A stretch of 24,107 nucleotides of DNA from a virus: the IMG/VR virus record IMGVR_UViG_3300043295_000234. One strand, 5' to 3'. Positions 16,267 through 23,715 of this stretch are shown here, in pieces; the first letter of the stretch is position 1, and the number at the start of each line of letters is the position of its first letter. A program made the translations under genes and the position numbers. The notes under the pieces are model-generated. The model was not told the origin of the DNA. It ran no database searches and saw only the letters and a program-made list of their open reading frames with translations.

Positions 16267-16629
16267 TTACGGGCCGTCCTTGCGCCAGAGCGCGGAGGCG
16301 AAGTTCGCAGCCTTCTCGGCACCGCCGAACCGGAGGCGCTGGCCGATGTGGACCACCCGAAAGGGCCCAACGTTGTTCTGCCACCACGCGGTCGAGGGGT
16401 CGTCCTTGACGAGCAGGACCACGGGTCCGGGGTGGTCGCGCGCCTTGCGGACCCACGGGCCCGGGTCCGAGTACGGCGGGTTGATGAACACGGGTCGGTC
16501 TGTCGGCCACGCGCCCAGACCGTCCCGCTCGCGCAGGCCCTCGGGGTTGACGGGACACGCATCGAAGTACGGCCGCCCGTCGAACAGGACCTCCAAGAGC
16601 CATCGGGGGGTTGCCCAATCGTCCGTCAT
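16267..16629 (-). CDS. Phage-type DNA N6-adenine methyltransferase (Dam family), 120 aa
   Basis: DDWATPRWL, FDAC, VFINPPYS, STAWW, QRLRF motifs; ATG 16629 fits the motif spacing. Confidence 0.85.
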   Translation of the reverse strand: MTDDWATPRWLLEVLFDGRPYFDACPVNPEGLRERDGLGAWPTDRPVFINPPYSDPGPWVRKARDHPGPVVLLVKDDPSTAWWQNNVGPFRVVHIGQRLRFGGAEKAANFASALWRKDGP

Positions 16630-16648
16630 CGGCAGGGGGGCGACCGAG

Positions 16649-16870
16649 TTACAGGCACGGGGCCGGGGGCACGAGGCCCCACGACACCACGAGCCCCTGC
16701 GCGTTGGGTGCCCGGTGATACCACCCGCAGCCAGGACACCGGAGGCGCTGCCCGTCCGCTCGGCGGAAGTGAACGACGGTCGGGTCCTCGGCAAAGAGCA
16801 TCCGGACAAGGGCGGGGTCGCTGTTCGTCTCGGGGCTCGGCGGCGTGGGTCGGTCCATGCTCGCGCTCAT
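16649..16870 (-). CDS. Small hypothetical protein with CPGC (73 aa)
   Basis: ATG 20 nt after a motif TAA; its stop TAA lies within the next motif. Confidence 0.6.
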   Translation of the reverse strand: MSASMDRPTPPSPETNSDPALVRMLFAEDPTVVHFRRADGQRLRCPGCGWYHRAPNAQGLVVSWGLVPPAPCL

Positions 16871-16890
16871 CGCCCCGGGGGCGGCAGGGG

Positions 16891-17376
16891 TTACGCGGGC
16901 TCCCCGTCCCCGATGGCCCACGGGGCCGCCTCGTACCCCGGGAGCCGCGCGATCAGCAGCATGCGGAGCCCTTCGCAGAAGCGGTACGCCTCAGTCACCT
17001 CCCAATCCGCCGACTCGCAGGATTGGTACTCGAAGCACCGAAGCAGCTTGAGCGCCCCGACGGCCGACACCCGCCGGGACGTCTCGCGGTAGCGGTACTC
17101 GGGGGTCGCCTGTAGCTCGCCGTACCGGGCGCTGACGCTGCGGTGGTTCTCGGCCCAGAGCATCGCGCCCACGGCGTCCGCGTTCGTGTAGTCCAGCTCG
17201 CGGCGGTTGGCGCGGACCTCGGCGATCCAGCCCTCGTACCCGGCGGAGCCGGGATACGGCGGGCTCGGCCGAGCCTGCCACGTCACGCGGTCGGCACCAA
17301 GGGCCGGCGAGGAGTACCGAATCCCCGCCGTCAGCAGATAGTCGATGTGGGCCTGCGACACGACAAACGCGCTCAT
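16891..17376 (-). CDS. Conserved mobile-element hypothetical protein (161 aa)
   Basis: MSAFVVSQAHIDYL..LWAENHRSVSARY..FEYQSCE..W..LPGYEAAPW pattern recalled from phage/plasmid proteins; TGATG start. Confidence 0.75.
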   Translation of the reverse strand: MSAFVVSQAHIDYLLTAGIRYSSPALGADRVTWQARPSPPYPGSAGYEGWIAEVRANRRELDYTNADAVGAMLWAENHRSVSARYGELQATPEYRYRETSRRVSAVGALKLLRCFEYQSCESADWEVTEAYRFCEGLRMLLIARLPGYEAAPWAIGDGEPA

Positions 17377-18437
17377 CAGCCCGAGGCGGGACGGGTTACG
17401 CCCTCGGGGGAGAACGTCTCCAAGGGGACCTCTCCGACCCACTCCCCACGCTCGCCCGAGCGGCCCGCCCGTTGGAGGGCGACCCGGACCTTGAACTGCC
17501 ACGAGGGTTTCCCGACGACCAGTTCCGGGTGCCGCTCGGCGAACCACGCGTACGCCTCGGTCACGGTGACGCGGCCCCCGTGGTCGGCGATACAGGCCTT
17601 CGCCTCGCTCGCCCACCCGATAGCGTCCAGCCGCAGGGTGTGCCGGGGAGGGGGCGCGCGAGCGCGCGTGGCGAGGCCCCGGAGGGCCGCCGGGCGCGCC
17701 GCGCACGCGAGGAGGCCGTTCTCCTTGACGCAGTCCGCGCAGGCCGTGTTACACCGCAGGAACGTGCGCCAGTCCCAACCGGCCTTCTGGAGCGGCGTCT
17801 CGCGGCCGTACGCGAAGTGGCCCTCCACCAGCTTCGTCTCCATCACCCGAGAGCGCAGGGGCGTCTCCATGACGCGCCCGGCCTGGACGGCGATGCGGTC
17901 GAAGAGCGGGCCGAACAGGGGCGCGTTCTCGCCGGTGGACTTGGCGCGGAAGATGACCTTGGGGATGCGGGCCAACTCGACCAGCCGGTCCTCGGGGGGG
18001 ACCACCGCCCCGGTCGGGAGGATGTCGGTCGAGATTTGGATGTTGACGCACCGGGGATCGAGCGCCACCCGCTCGTAGAACGACAGGGGGAGCAGGCCGC
18101 GGCTGATGAGGAAGTACGAGCGGTTGGGGAAGTCGGGGCGGAGCCACCGAGCCCCGCAGCAGTCCCAGACGCCCTCGCCGGCCTTGAAGGCGGCGTAGTC
18201 GTCCGGGAGGATTTCGCGGTACGTCCCCAGCCGGATGAGGCCCCGGCGGGCGGTCCCCTCGTGCCGGTGGTTCGGGGTGGACCTGCGCCGCCGGGACGTG
18301 GCGAGGCGAAGTTTCAGGAGCGGCTCGGCGTAGCACTCGGGACAGAGCCCCTTGCCGAACAGGACGCAGGGGCGCAGCTGTTCGACCTCCGGGCAAGGGA
18401 CCAGCCCTGCCCCCGACATCTTGAGGTTGGACGACAC
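17376..18437 (-). CDS. Gp88-like (radical-SAM-related Fe-S) protein
   Basis: C-x8-C-x7-CPECYA, RLGTYREI, YFLISRG, NIQISTD, C-terminal CNTACADC; 353 aa. Confidence 0.6.
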   Translation of the reverse strand: MSSNLKMSGAGLVPCPEVEQLRPCVLFGKGLCPECYAEPLLKLRLATSRRRRSTPNHRHEGTARRGLIRLGTYREILPDDYAAFKAGEGVWDCCGARWLRPDFPNRSYFLISRGLLPLSFYERVALDPRCVNIQISTDILPTGAVVPPEDRLVELARIPKVIFRAKSTGENAPLFGPLFDRIAVQAGRVMETPLRSRVMETKLVEGHFAYGRETPLQKAGWDWRTFLRCNTACADCVKENGLLACAARPAALRGLATRARAPPPRHTLRLDAIGWASEAKACIADHGGRVTVTEAYAWFAERHPELVVGKPSWQFKVRVALQRAGRSGERGEWVGEVPLETFSPEGVTRPASG

Positions 18438-18455
18438 GGCCCGGGGGCCGAGGGC

Positions 18456-18656
18456 TTACGGGAGCCGGTCGTCGAGTCCGACCCCTCCCCCGGCCGCGAG
18501 CGCGCGCCCCACCGTGGGGAGCGGGTCGCGCCCCGCCGCGATCTCGGCCGCCGTGAACTTGTCGAGGAACTTCCGGCGGCGCCGCCCGTCGGGGAGCGCG
18601 CAGAACCGCTGAACCACCCTGTCGAGGCGGGCCTGTTCGGCCTCCCACGGGTTCAT
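18456..18656 (-). CDS. Hypothetical protein (66 aa)
   Basis: TGATG start; TAA stop within a motif. Confidence 0.6.
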   Translation of the reverse strand: MNPWEAEQARLDRVVQRFCALPDGRRRRKFLDKFTAAEIAAGRDPLPTVGRALAAGGGVGLDDRLP

Positions 18657-18952
18657 CAGTCCATCAACCCCGGGAACGGGTCAGGCTCGGTCGGCGCGCG
18701 GGCGCAGACGGGGCACGTCCCGAGCGGGTTCGCGCAGGCGACCTCGCCGAGCCGGTCGTCCTCGGGCGTGACGACATCCACGCCGTCCGGATCGACCGCC
18801 TCCATGTCGGCCTGTATCTGTTCGAGCCCGGCGATCCGCGCCTTGTAGTCGGAGGGGGCCACCACGTCCACCGTGTAGGTGACGCGGTAGTGGCAGTTGT
18901 CGGCGCGGGGCGTGTCGGCGTTCGGGAGCGGGGTTGCCGCCTCTGGTGCCAT
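18656..18952 (-). CDS. Acidic hypothetical protein (98 aa) with YRVTYTVDVVAPS and CxxC motifs
   Basis: ATG 18952 is 19 nt after a motif TAA; TGATG at both ends. Confidence 0.7.
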   Translation of the reverse strand: MAPEAATPLPNADTPRADNCHYRVTYTVDVVAPSDYKARIAGLEQIQADMEAVDPDGVDVVTPEDDRLGEVACANPLGTCPVCARAPTEPDPFPGLMD

Positions 18953-19206
18953 CAGGCCGGGGTCGGGGCGGTTACGGGGGCCGTCCCGGTCGGCGGGGCC
19001 GCGTCCTCGGTGACGACCAGTTGGAGCGAGGCCCACGCGGAGTCCGAGCCCGCCTCGGAGTGAAACCCCCGGGTGTCGTCGATGATCCCGTGGACCTTCT
19101 CCAAGACGGCCTTGCGGGCGGGCGGAGCGATGCCCGCCTGCGCCATCAGGTCGGAGAGGGAGCGCCACCGGCCGTACCAGACGCGCTTGTGGGGTGCGGT
19201 CGCCAT
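18952..19206 (-). CDS. Hypothetical protein (84 aa)
   Basis: MATAPHKRVWYGRWRSLSDLM...; TGATG at both ends. Confidence 0.65.
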   Translation of the reverse strand: MATAPHKRVWYGRWRSLSDLMAQAGIAPPARKAVLEKVHGIIDDTRGFHSEAGSDSAWASLQLVVTEDAAPPTGTAPVTAPTPA

Positions 19207-19706
19207 CAGTCCCCCCGGGGAAGCCCGGCGTCCTCCCGGTTGTCGGCGTCGCGGTCGGACTGGTCCGGATCGGGCGCGTCGTCGGCCTCGGGCTCCCACT
19301 CGAAGTCCGCCGCGGCGTTCGTCTCCCCGATGTCGTCTTGGTCCACCTCGAAGAACCCGGAGTCGTAGTCCTCCTTCGAGTCGGCGGGAACGCCGAGGTT
19401 TCCGTCCTCGGCCAGCTGGTCGATCACGTCGGCGGCCGCCTGTTCGTCGGGGGCCCGGACCACGCGGGAGCAACGGTTCCCCGTCTCCCACAGGACGCGG
19501 TAGTTTTTCCACTCGCTCTTGGGCGGGACGGGGACCAGCTGCTTGCCGACCCGCCGAACGGTGACGCCCGGCGACGGCTCGGCGACGACGAGCCCCGCCT
19601 TGACGAGGTTCCCCATCCCGAAGGCGCCCACCATCCACTCGGGGGCGTGCGCGACCACTTCCGGCGCTGTCTCACTCTTGGGCGGGTTGTCCGCCTTCTC
19701 GGTCAT
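19206..19706 (-). CDS. Acidic protein with a DpnD/PcfM-like domain (166 aa)
   Basis: YRVLWETGNRCSRVVRAPDEQAAADVIDQL..EDYDSGFFEV; motif 19 nt upstream. Confidence 0.65.
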   Translation of the reverse strand: MTEKADNPPKSETAPEVVAHAPEWMVGAFGMGNLVKAGLVVAEPSPGVTVRRVGKQLVPVPPKSEWKNYRVLWETGNRCSRVVRAPDEQAAADVIDQLAEDGNLGVPADSKEDYDSGFFEVDQDDIGETNAAADFEWEPEADDAPDPDQSDRDADNREDAGLPRGD

Positions 19707-19725
19707 CGACCGAGGGACGGCCGGG

Positions 19726-19977
19726 TTACGCGAACTCGGAGAGGCACGTCTCCCGGTAGCGCGGGGGACGCGGGCCGTGGGTCGCGGGGACCTCGCCCGG
19801 GGTGTCGGTGATCCGGCGCTGGTCGTGTCGGAGCCGATGCTCCCCGAGGCACGCTCCGCAGACCACGAACGCCGGGCTGTCGGGAAGGTGCGGAGCGCAG
19901 TCGAGGCACGGGCCCCGGCGGACCGATTGGAACCGGGTCAGGCGGAACCCGCAGAAGTGGCAGGGTGTCGGCTTCAT
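19726..19977 (-). CDS. Cys/His-rich Zn-finger protein (83 aa)
   Basis: CHFC, CLDC, CGAC..H; motif 19 nt upstream. Confidence 0.7.
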   Translation of the reverse strand: MKPTPCHFCGFRLTRFQSVRRGPCLDCAPHLPDSPAFVVCGACLGEHRLRHDQRRITDTPGEVPATHGPRPPRYRETCLSEFA

Positions 19978-20079
19978 CGTCCTGGCTGTCGAGAAGTTAC
20001 GGGCGGGAAGGGGTTGGGTTTGAGGGGGGCCGCTCTCCGAGCTATGGGACTTGCCCCTCGCGGCGGCCCCCGGTCATCG

Positions 20080-20454
20080 TCAGCCGGGGGTCGGGGACGT
20101 TACGGCGGGCACGTCCTCGACCTCCTCGTCCGTCTCGGAGACGCGGTGGATCGAGCAGGGGCCGGACACGCACCCCTCCTCCAGCGCCTCGCGGATCATC
20201 TCGCGCGCCTCCTCGACCGAGCCGAACTCAAGCGAGTCGCCCTCCTCCGTCTCGAACCACTCGCGGGTCGGCCTGTCGGGACTGCGGACCACGAACCACT
20301 TGTAGGGAGCCTTCTCGACCAGCAGCGGGTCGGGCTCGTCCCCCACGTATTCCACGTATTGCTCGTAGGCTTGCTCGGCGATGTTGCGCGCCTCTTCCTC
20401 GGTCGCGGCCTCGACGGTCGTGTCGAAGCCGTGCCGGACCCTCCACAGCGTCAT
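20080..20454 (-). CDS. Acidic hypothetical protein with an internal repeat (124 aa)
   Basis: TVEAATEEEARNIAEQ and LEFGSVEEAREMIRE; motif 19 nt upstream. Confidence 0.75.
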   Translation of the reverse strand: MTLWRVRHGFDTTVEAATEEEARNIAEQAYEQYVEYVGDEPDPLLVEKAPYKWFVVRSPDRPTREWFETEEGDSLEFGSVEEAREMIREALEEGCVSGPCSIHRVSETDEEVEDVPAVTSPTPG

Positions 20455-20918
20455 CACGCGGGGACCGGCGGGGTTACGGGCGCGCTCGGCGCGGGGCTCT
20501 GTCGGGCCCGGATCTCCGCGCGCCGGGCCCGTTCCGCACGGGCCTCGCGGGAGCGGGGATGGAGGAGCAGCCGCGCGTCCGTGGTCCAGCCGCAGAAGTA
20601 CTCCACGCAGTCGGAGCCCGCGATGGGCTCCTCGATCAGGTTGCCGTCCTTGTCGAAGTCGTCCCCCCACGGGAAGGCATCGAGCGCGTCCTGGACGAGG
20701 TTGCGGAGCATCTGCTCGCTCGGGCCGGGGCGCACCCGCCTGTCGCCACGGACGGCGGAGGCGAAGAGCTGGCCGGCGTAGTCGGGGCCCCGCAGCTGCC
20801 CCCTGCGGCAGGCGTAGTCGATGATCCTCGCGGCGCGGGCGAACGCTTGGTGCCGGGTAAGGTCGGGGTTCAACTCCACCAGTACGTCGGTCAGGGCCGA
20901 CATCGCGGAGCGCCCCAT
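20454..20918 (-). CDS. Hypothetical protein (about 154 aa)
   Basis: TGATG at both ends; globular composition. Confidence 0.7.
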   Translation of the reverse strand: MGRSAMSALTDVLVELNPDLTRHQAFARAARIIDYACRRGQLRGPDYAGQLFASAVRGDRRVRPGPSEQMLRNLVQDALDAFPWGDDFDKDGNLIEEPIAGSDCVEYFCGWTTDARLLLHPRSREARAERARRAEIRARQSPAPSAPVTPPVPA

Positions 20919-21067
20919 CAGTCCTCCCCGGTCGCGTCGGCCTCGGCGTCGGCCTCGCGGGCCTCCCGCTCGCGATCCTCGCGGGCGGTGATCTCCGTGT
21001 CGATGTCGTCTCGGGGGTTCCACGGTGCTTCCGGGCCCTGCGGGCCCCGGTCCTCTACGGGCGTCAT
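20918..21067 (-). CDS. Small acidic protein (49 aa, absent from the track)
   Basis: MTPVEDRGPQGPEAPWNPRDDIDTEITAREDREREAREADAEADATGED; motif 19 nt upstream; TGATG end. Confidence 0.65.
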   Translation of the reverse strand: MTPVEDRGPQGPEAPWNPRDDIDTEITAREDREREAREADAEADATGED

Positions 21068-21092
21068 CCCCCCGAGGGGAGCGGGGTTACGT

Positions 21093-21260
21093 TCAGAAGT
21101 CGGAGAGCGAGGGCCCGAGCCGGCGCACCGTCGGGGTGAGCGCCTCGGTCTTGGCCTGGATGAAGCGGTACTGGTCGAGCGCGCGGTCGATGGCGCAGGC
21201 GTCGTTCTCGGCCTCCACCTGGAACGAGGCGGCCGGGATCTTGACCTCGAAAATCGGCAT
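21093..21260 (-). CDS. Small hypothetical protein (55 aa, absent from the track)
   Basis: MPIFEVKIPAASFQVEAENDACAIDRALDQYRFIQAKTEALTPTVRRLGPSLSDF; TGATG start. Confidence 0.7.
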   Translation of the reverse strand: MPIFEVKIPAASFQVEAENDACAIDRALDQYRFIQAKTEALTPTVRRLGPSLSDF

Positions 21261-21499
21261 CAGCGCCCCATCGGCCGAGGGTGGTCGCGCTCCTCGGTCA
21301 GCTGCTCGACCTCGGCCTGGGCGTCCTGGGCGGCGTGCTCGAAGCCGACCAGGTAGGCCTCGTGGCAGAGCTTCTCCACGTCGTCGAAGGTGAGCGTGAT
21401 GAACGACCCGCCGTCGGGCTCGGGTCGGATCGCCTGCGCGTCGAGGACCGTTCGGACCGCTCGCTCCTGCCGCTCCTTGTCGGGGGTGATGGCTACCAT
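21260..21499 (-). CDS. Hypothetical protein (79 aa)
   Basis: MVAITPDKERQERAVRTVL...; motif 19 nt upstream; TGATG at both ends. Confidence 0.7.
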   Translation of the reverse strand: MVAITPDKERQERAVRTVLDAQAIRPEPDGGSFITLTFDDVEKLCHEAYLVGFEHAAQDAQAEVEQLTEERDHPRPMGR

Positions 21500-21696
21500 C
21501 ACTGGTACTCCGACGGGATTACGCCGGGCGGGAGGATCCGGCGCACGCAGTTCAGGTGGTACTTCACCTTGTCCACCGACACGCAGTCGCCTCGGAGGCC
21601 GCGCCGGCAGTACTGGCACTTGGGCCACACCTCCTCGTAGAGGGACGGGTTGTCGAACGACGGGCCGTAGATGTGGAAGAACGAGATCTCGACCAT
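21499..21696 (-). CDS. Zn-finger protein (65 aa)
   Basis: CQYC..YHLNC treble-clef-like pattern; motif 18 nt upstream. Confidence 0.7.
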   Translation of the reverse strand: MVEISFFHIYGPSFDNPSLYEEVWPKCQYCRRGLRGDCVSVDKVKYHLNCVRRILPPGVIPSEYQ

Positions 21697-21753
21697 GCCC
21701 GGGGGGCCCCCCGGTTACGGAGGGCCCGGGCGGAAGGGGTTGGGTCGGCGCGC

Positions 21754-23205
21754 TCAGTACTCGTCGCCGTGGCTCGTGGGGGTGTGGGCCCCGAGGATCC
21801 CGTCGATGGCGTCGAGGACGGACCCCCGGTTCTTGTTGCGGGCCTCCGTCTCGCGCATCCGGGCCGCGAGCAGCGGGTCGTCGCGGAGGTTGACCGTCTT
21901 GTCCGAGGAGGAGTAGGCCTTGCCGTTCTTCCCCTTCGACCAGCCGGTGATCGCCTTGACCACGTCCGCGACGGACCCCGAGAGGAGCTCGGGCACCGGG
22001 TCGAGCGGCTCCGCGTCGGGGAGCATCGGCCAGCCGGAGCCCCGGACCACCTTGAGGACGGCCTTGCGGTCCTTCCCCGAGGCGGGGATGGCGATGGCCT
22101 GGGTGACGTGCCCCTTCTTGGGGTCCACGACCGGGCGGAACTCCACGCCGAACGAGTACGGCAGCTTGCCGAAGCCGAGCTCGTCGCGGTCGATCTCCAG
22201 CGTGACGCGGACCACGTCCTCGTCGCCGCCGTTCAGGTCCATGCGGACCGACGTGACGCCGTCGCCGGCCTCCTTGACGAGGCCCAGGACGAGCTCGTAG
22301 GGCCGCTTGTCGATGCCGACGGCCGGGTTGACGGACCGATCGTACCGCTCGGCGCGGCGCTCGTCGCGCTCGGCCTTGACGGTCGGGTTCGCATCGATCA
22401 CCGAGCGGCGGTCCTGGACGGCGCCCGTGCTCAGGTTCCAGATGTGGCCGTTCGCGTCCTGGACGGTGACGGTCTTGCCCTTCGTCTTCATCGTCCCGTA
22501 GGCCTGCCGCTCGGGCGGCTGGGTACACTTGGGGCACGATGGGAACTTCGACGCTGCCGCCGTCTCGCGCAGCTGGGCGGCCTCCTGGGCCGCCTCGGCC
22601 TGCTGCCGGATCTCCGTGCGGAAGTACGGGTCGACGGGGCCGACGAGGTAGTCCTCCGAGCGCCCCTCGATGATGTCGCGCTGGCCCTCGACGGGGAGCG
22701 ACGCGATCAGGACGGCGTGGCCGACGTCCATCTCCCCGTCGGCGAGGAACTTCTGGGCCTCGGGGGAGAGGTTGAGCAGGCGGAGCCGGTCGCGGACCCA
22801 CGACTCGCTCTTCGACAGGCGGGCGGCGATCTCCTTGGGCTTCGCGCCGGTGGCCTCCGAGTACGCGTGGATCCCCCGGGCCTCCTCCATCGGGGTCAGG
22901 TCGGTGCGGAGCAGGTTCTCCAGGAGCCGGACCTCGGCGCGCTCGGGCTCCGTCAGGGACATCACGCGGGCCGGAACGGTGAGCAGCTTCGCGGCCTTCG
23001 CGGCGGCGACCCGCCGGAACCCGGCGACGAGCTCGTAGGTGTCCTTCTCCTTGCCGGCGACGACGATCACCGGCTCGAGGACCCCGTGCTCGGCGATGTT
23101 GGCGACCAGCTCCTTGAACGCGGGCGAGCCCTCGTCGAGCTCGCGGACGTTCCCCTCGGCGACAATTCGGCTCAGGGCGACCTCGGCGTACTCCTTCGCG
23201 GGCAT
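21754..23205 (-). CDS. parB: ParB/Spo0J-family protein with an extended C-terminus (483 aa)
   Basis: LVANIAEHGVLEPVIV..YELVAGFRRVAAAK (GxRR), LLENLLRTDLTPMEEA, HTH EIAARLSKSESWVRDRLRLLNL. Confidence 0.9.
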   Translation of the reverse strand: MPAKEYAEVALSRIVAEGNVRELDEGSPAFKELVANIAEHGVLEPVIVVAGKEKDTYELVAGFRRVAAAKAAKLLTVPARVMSLTEPERAEVRLLENLLRTDLTPMEEARGIHAYSEATGAKPKEIAARLSKSESWVRDRLRLLNLSPEAQKFLADGEMDVGHAVLIASLPVEGQRDIIEGRSEDYLVGPVDPYFRTEIRQQAEAAQEAAQLRETAAASKFPSCPKCTQPPERQAYGTMKTKGKTVTVQDANGHIWNLSTGAVQDRRSVIDANPTVKAERDERRAERYDRSVNPAVGIDKRPYELVLGLVKEAGDGVTSVRMDLNGGDEDVVRVTLEIDRDELGFGKLPYSFGVEFRPVVDPKKGHVTQAIAIPASGKDRKAVLKVVRGSGWPMLPDAEPLDPVPELLSGSVADVVKAITGWSKGKNGKAYSSSDKTVNLRDDPLLAARMRETEARNKNRGSVLDAIDGILGAHTPTSHGDEY

Positions 23206-23224
23206 CACCCGTAAGGGGGCCGAG

Positions 23225-23404
23225 TTACGGGCCGAACGCGGGGGAGAGGCGCTCCTGCTCGACCCCGTGGAGGTACACCTTGTGCTGGGTCGCGCGCTCC
23301 AGGGCGAGGCGCTGCCGAATGTTACAAGATCGGCAGACGGGTTGGCCGAGGAACTCCTCGACGCCCGGCTGCCGGCAGTAGACGCACGGGAGGGGGTCGC
23401 TCAC
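23225..23404 (-). CDS. Zn-finger protein (59 aa)
   Basis: CVYC..CRSC; GTGA-coupled start. Confidence 0.65.
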   Translation of the reverse strand: MSDPLPCVYCRQPGVEEFLGQPVCRSCNIRQRLALERATQHKVYLHGVEQERLSPAFGP

Positions 23405-23514
23405 GGGAACGGCCACGCGGGGAAGTGGGCGTAGACGACGTCGCCGTCCTCGTTCACCGAAACCTCGAACGTCATGCCGAGGACCTCCTCGACCATCACC
23501 ACGTCCTCGCTCAC
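23401..23514 (-). CDS. Very small acidic protein (37 aa)
   Basis: MSEDVVMVEEVLGMTFEVSVNEDGDVVYAHFPAWPFP; GTGA overlaps at both ends. Confidence 0.55.
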   Translation of the reverse strand: MSEDVVMVEEVLGMTFEVSVNEDGDVVYAHFPAWPFP

Positions 23515-23696
23515 TTCCGCCTCCGCCGCCGCGCGACCTTGCGGAGCAGCTTCTCCTTCGCGTGGAGCTCGGCGAGCCGGATCTCCTGCGTCTCCTCCGG
23601 GGTGCCGATGCGCCCGCACTTCCGGCAGGCGCGTCGGCCGCCGAGCTCGTCGACGGGGTTCGACCAGTCGGGCTCGTGGTCCGTCGGGTGCGTCAT
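23511..23696 (-). CDS. Small protein with CRKC and a basic tail (61 aa)
   Basis: Motif 19 nt upstream of the ATG. Confidence 0.65.
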   Translation of the reverse strand: MTHPTDHEPDWSNPVDELGGRRACRKCGRIGTPEETQEIRLAELHAKEKLLRKVARRRRRK

Positions 23697-23715
23697 CGCC
23701 CCGGGGCCGGCGGAG

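Noticed and set aside
17749-23324. Extra TGTAAC hits at 17749-17751 and 23322-23324
   Set aside because: They are Cys-Asn codons inside genes with no start codon at about 19 nt, so they were not counted as motif copies.
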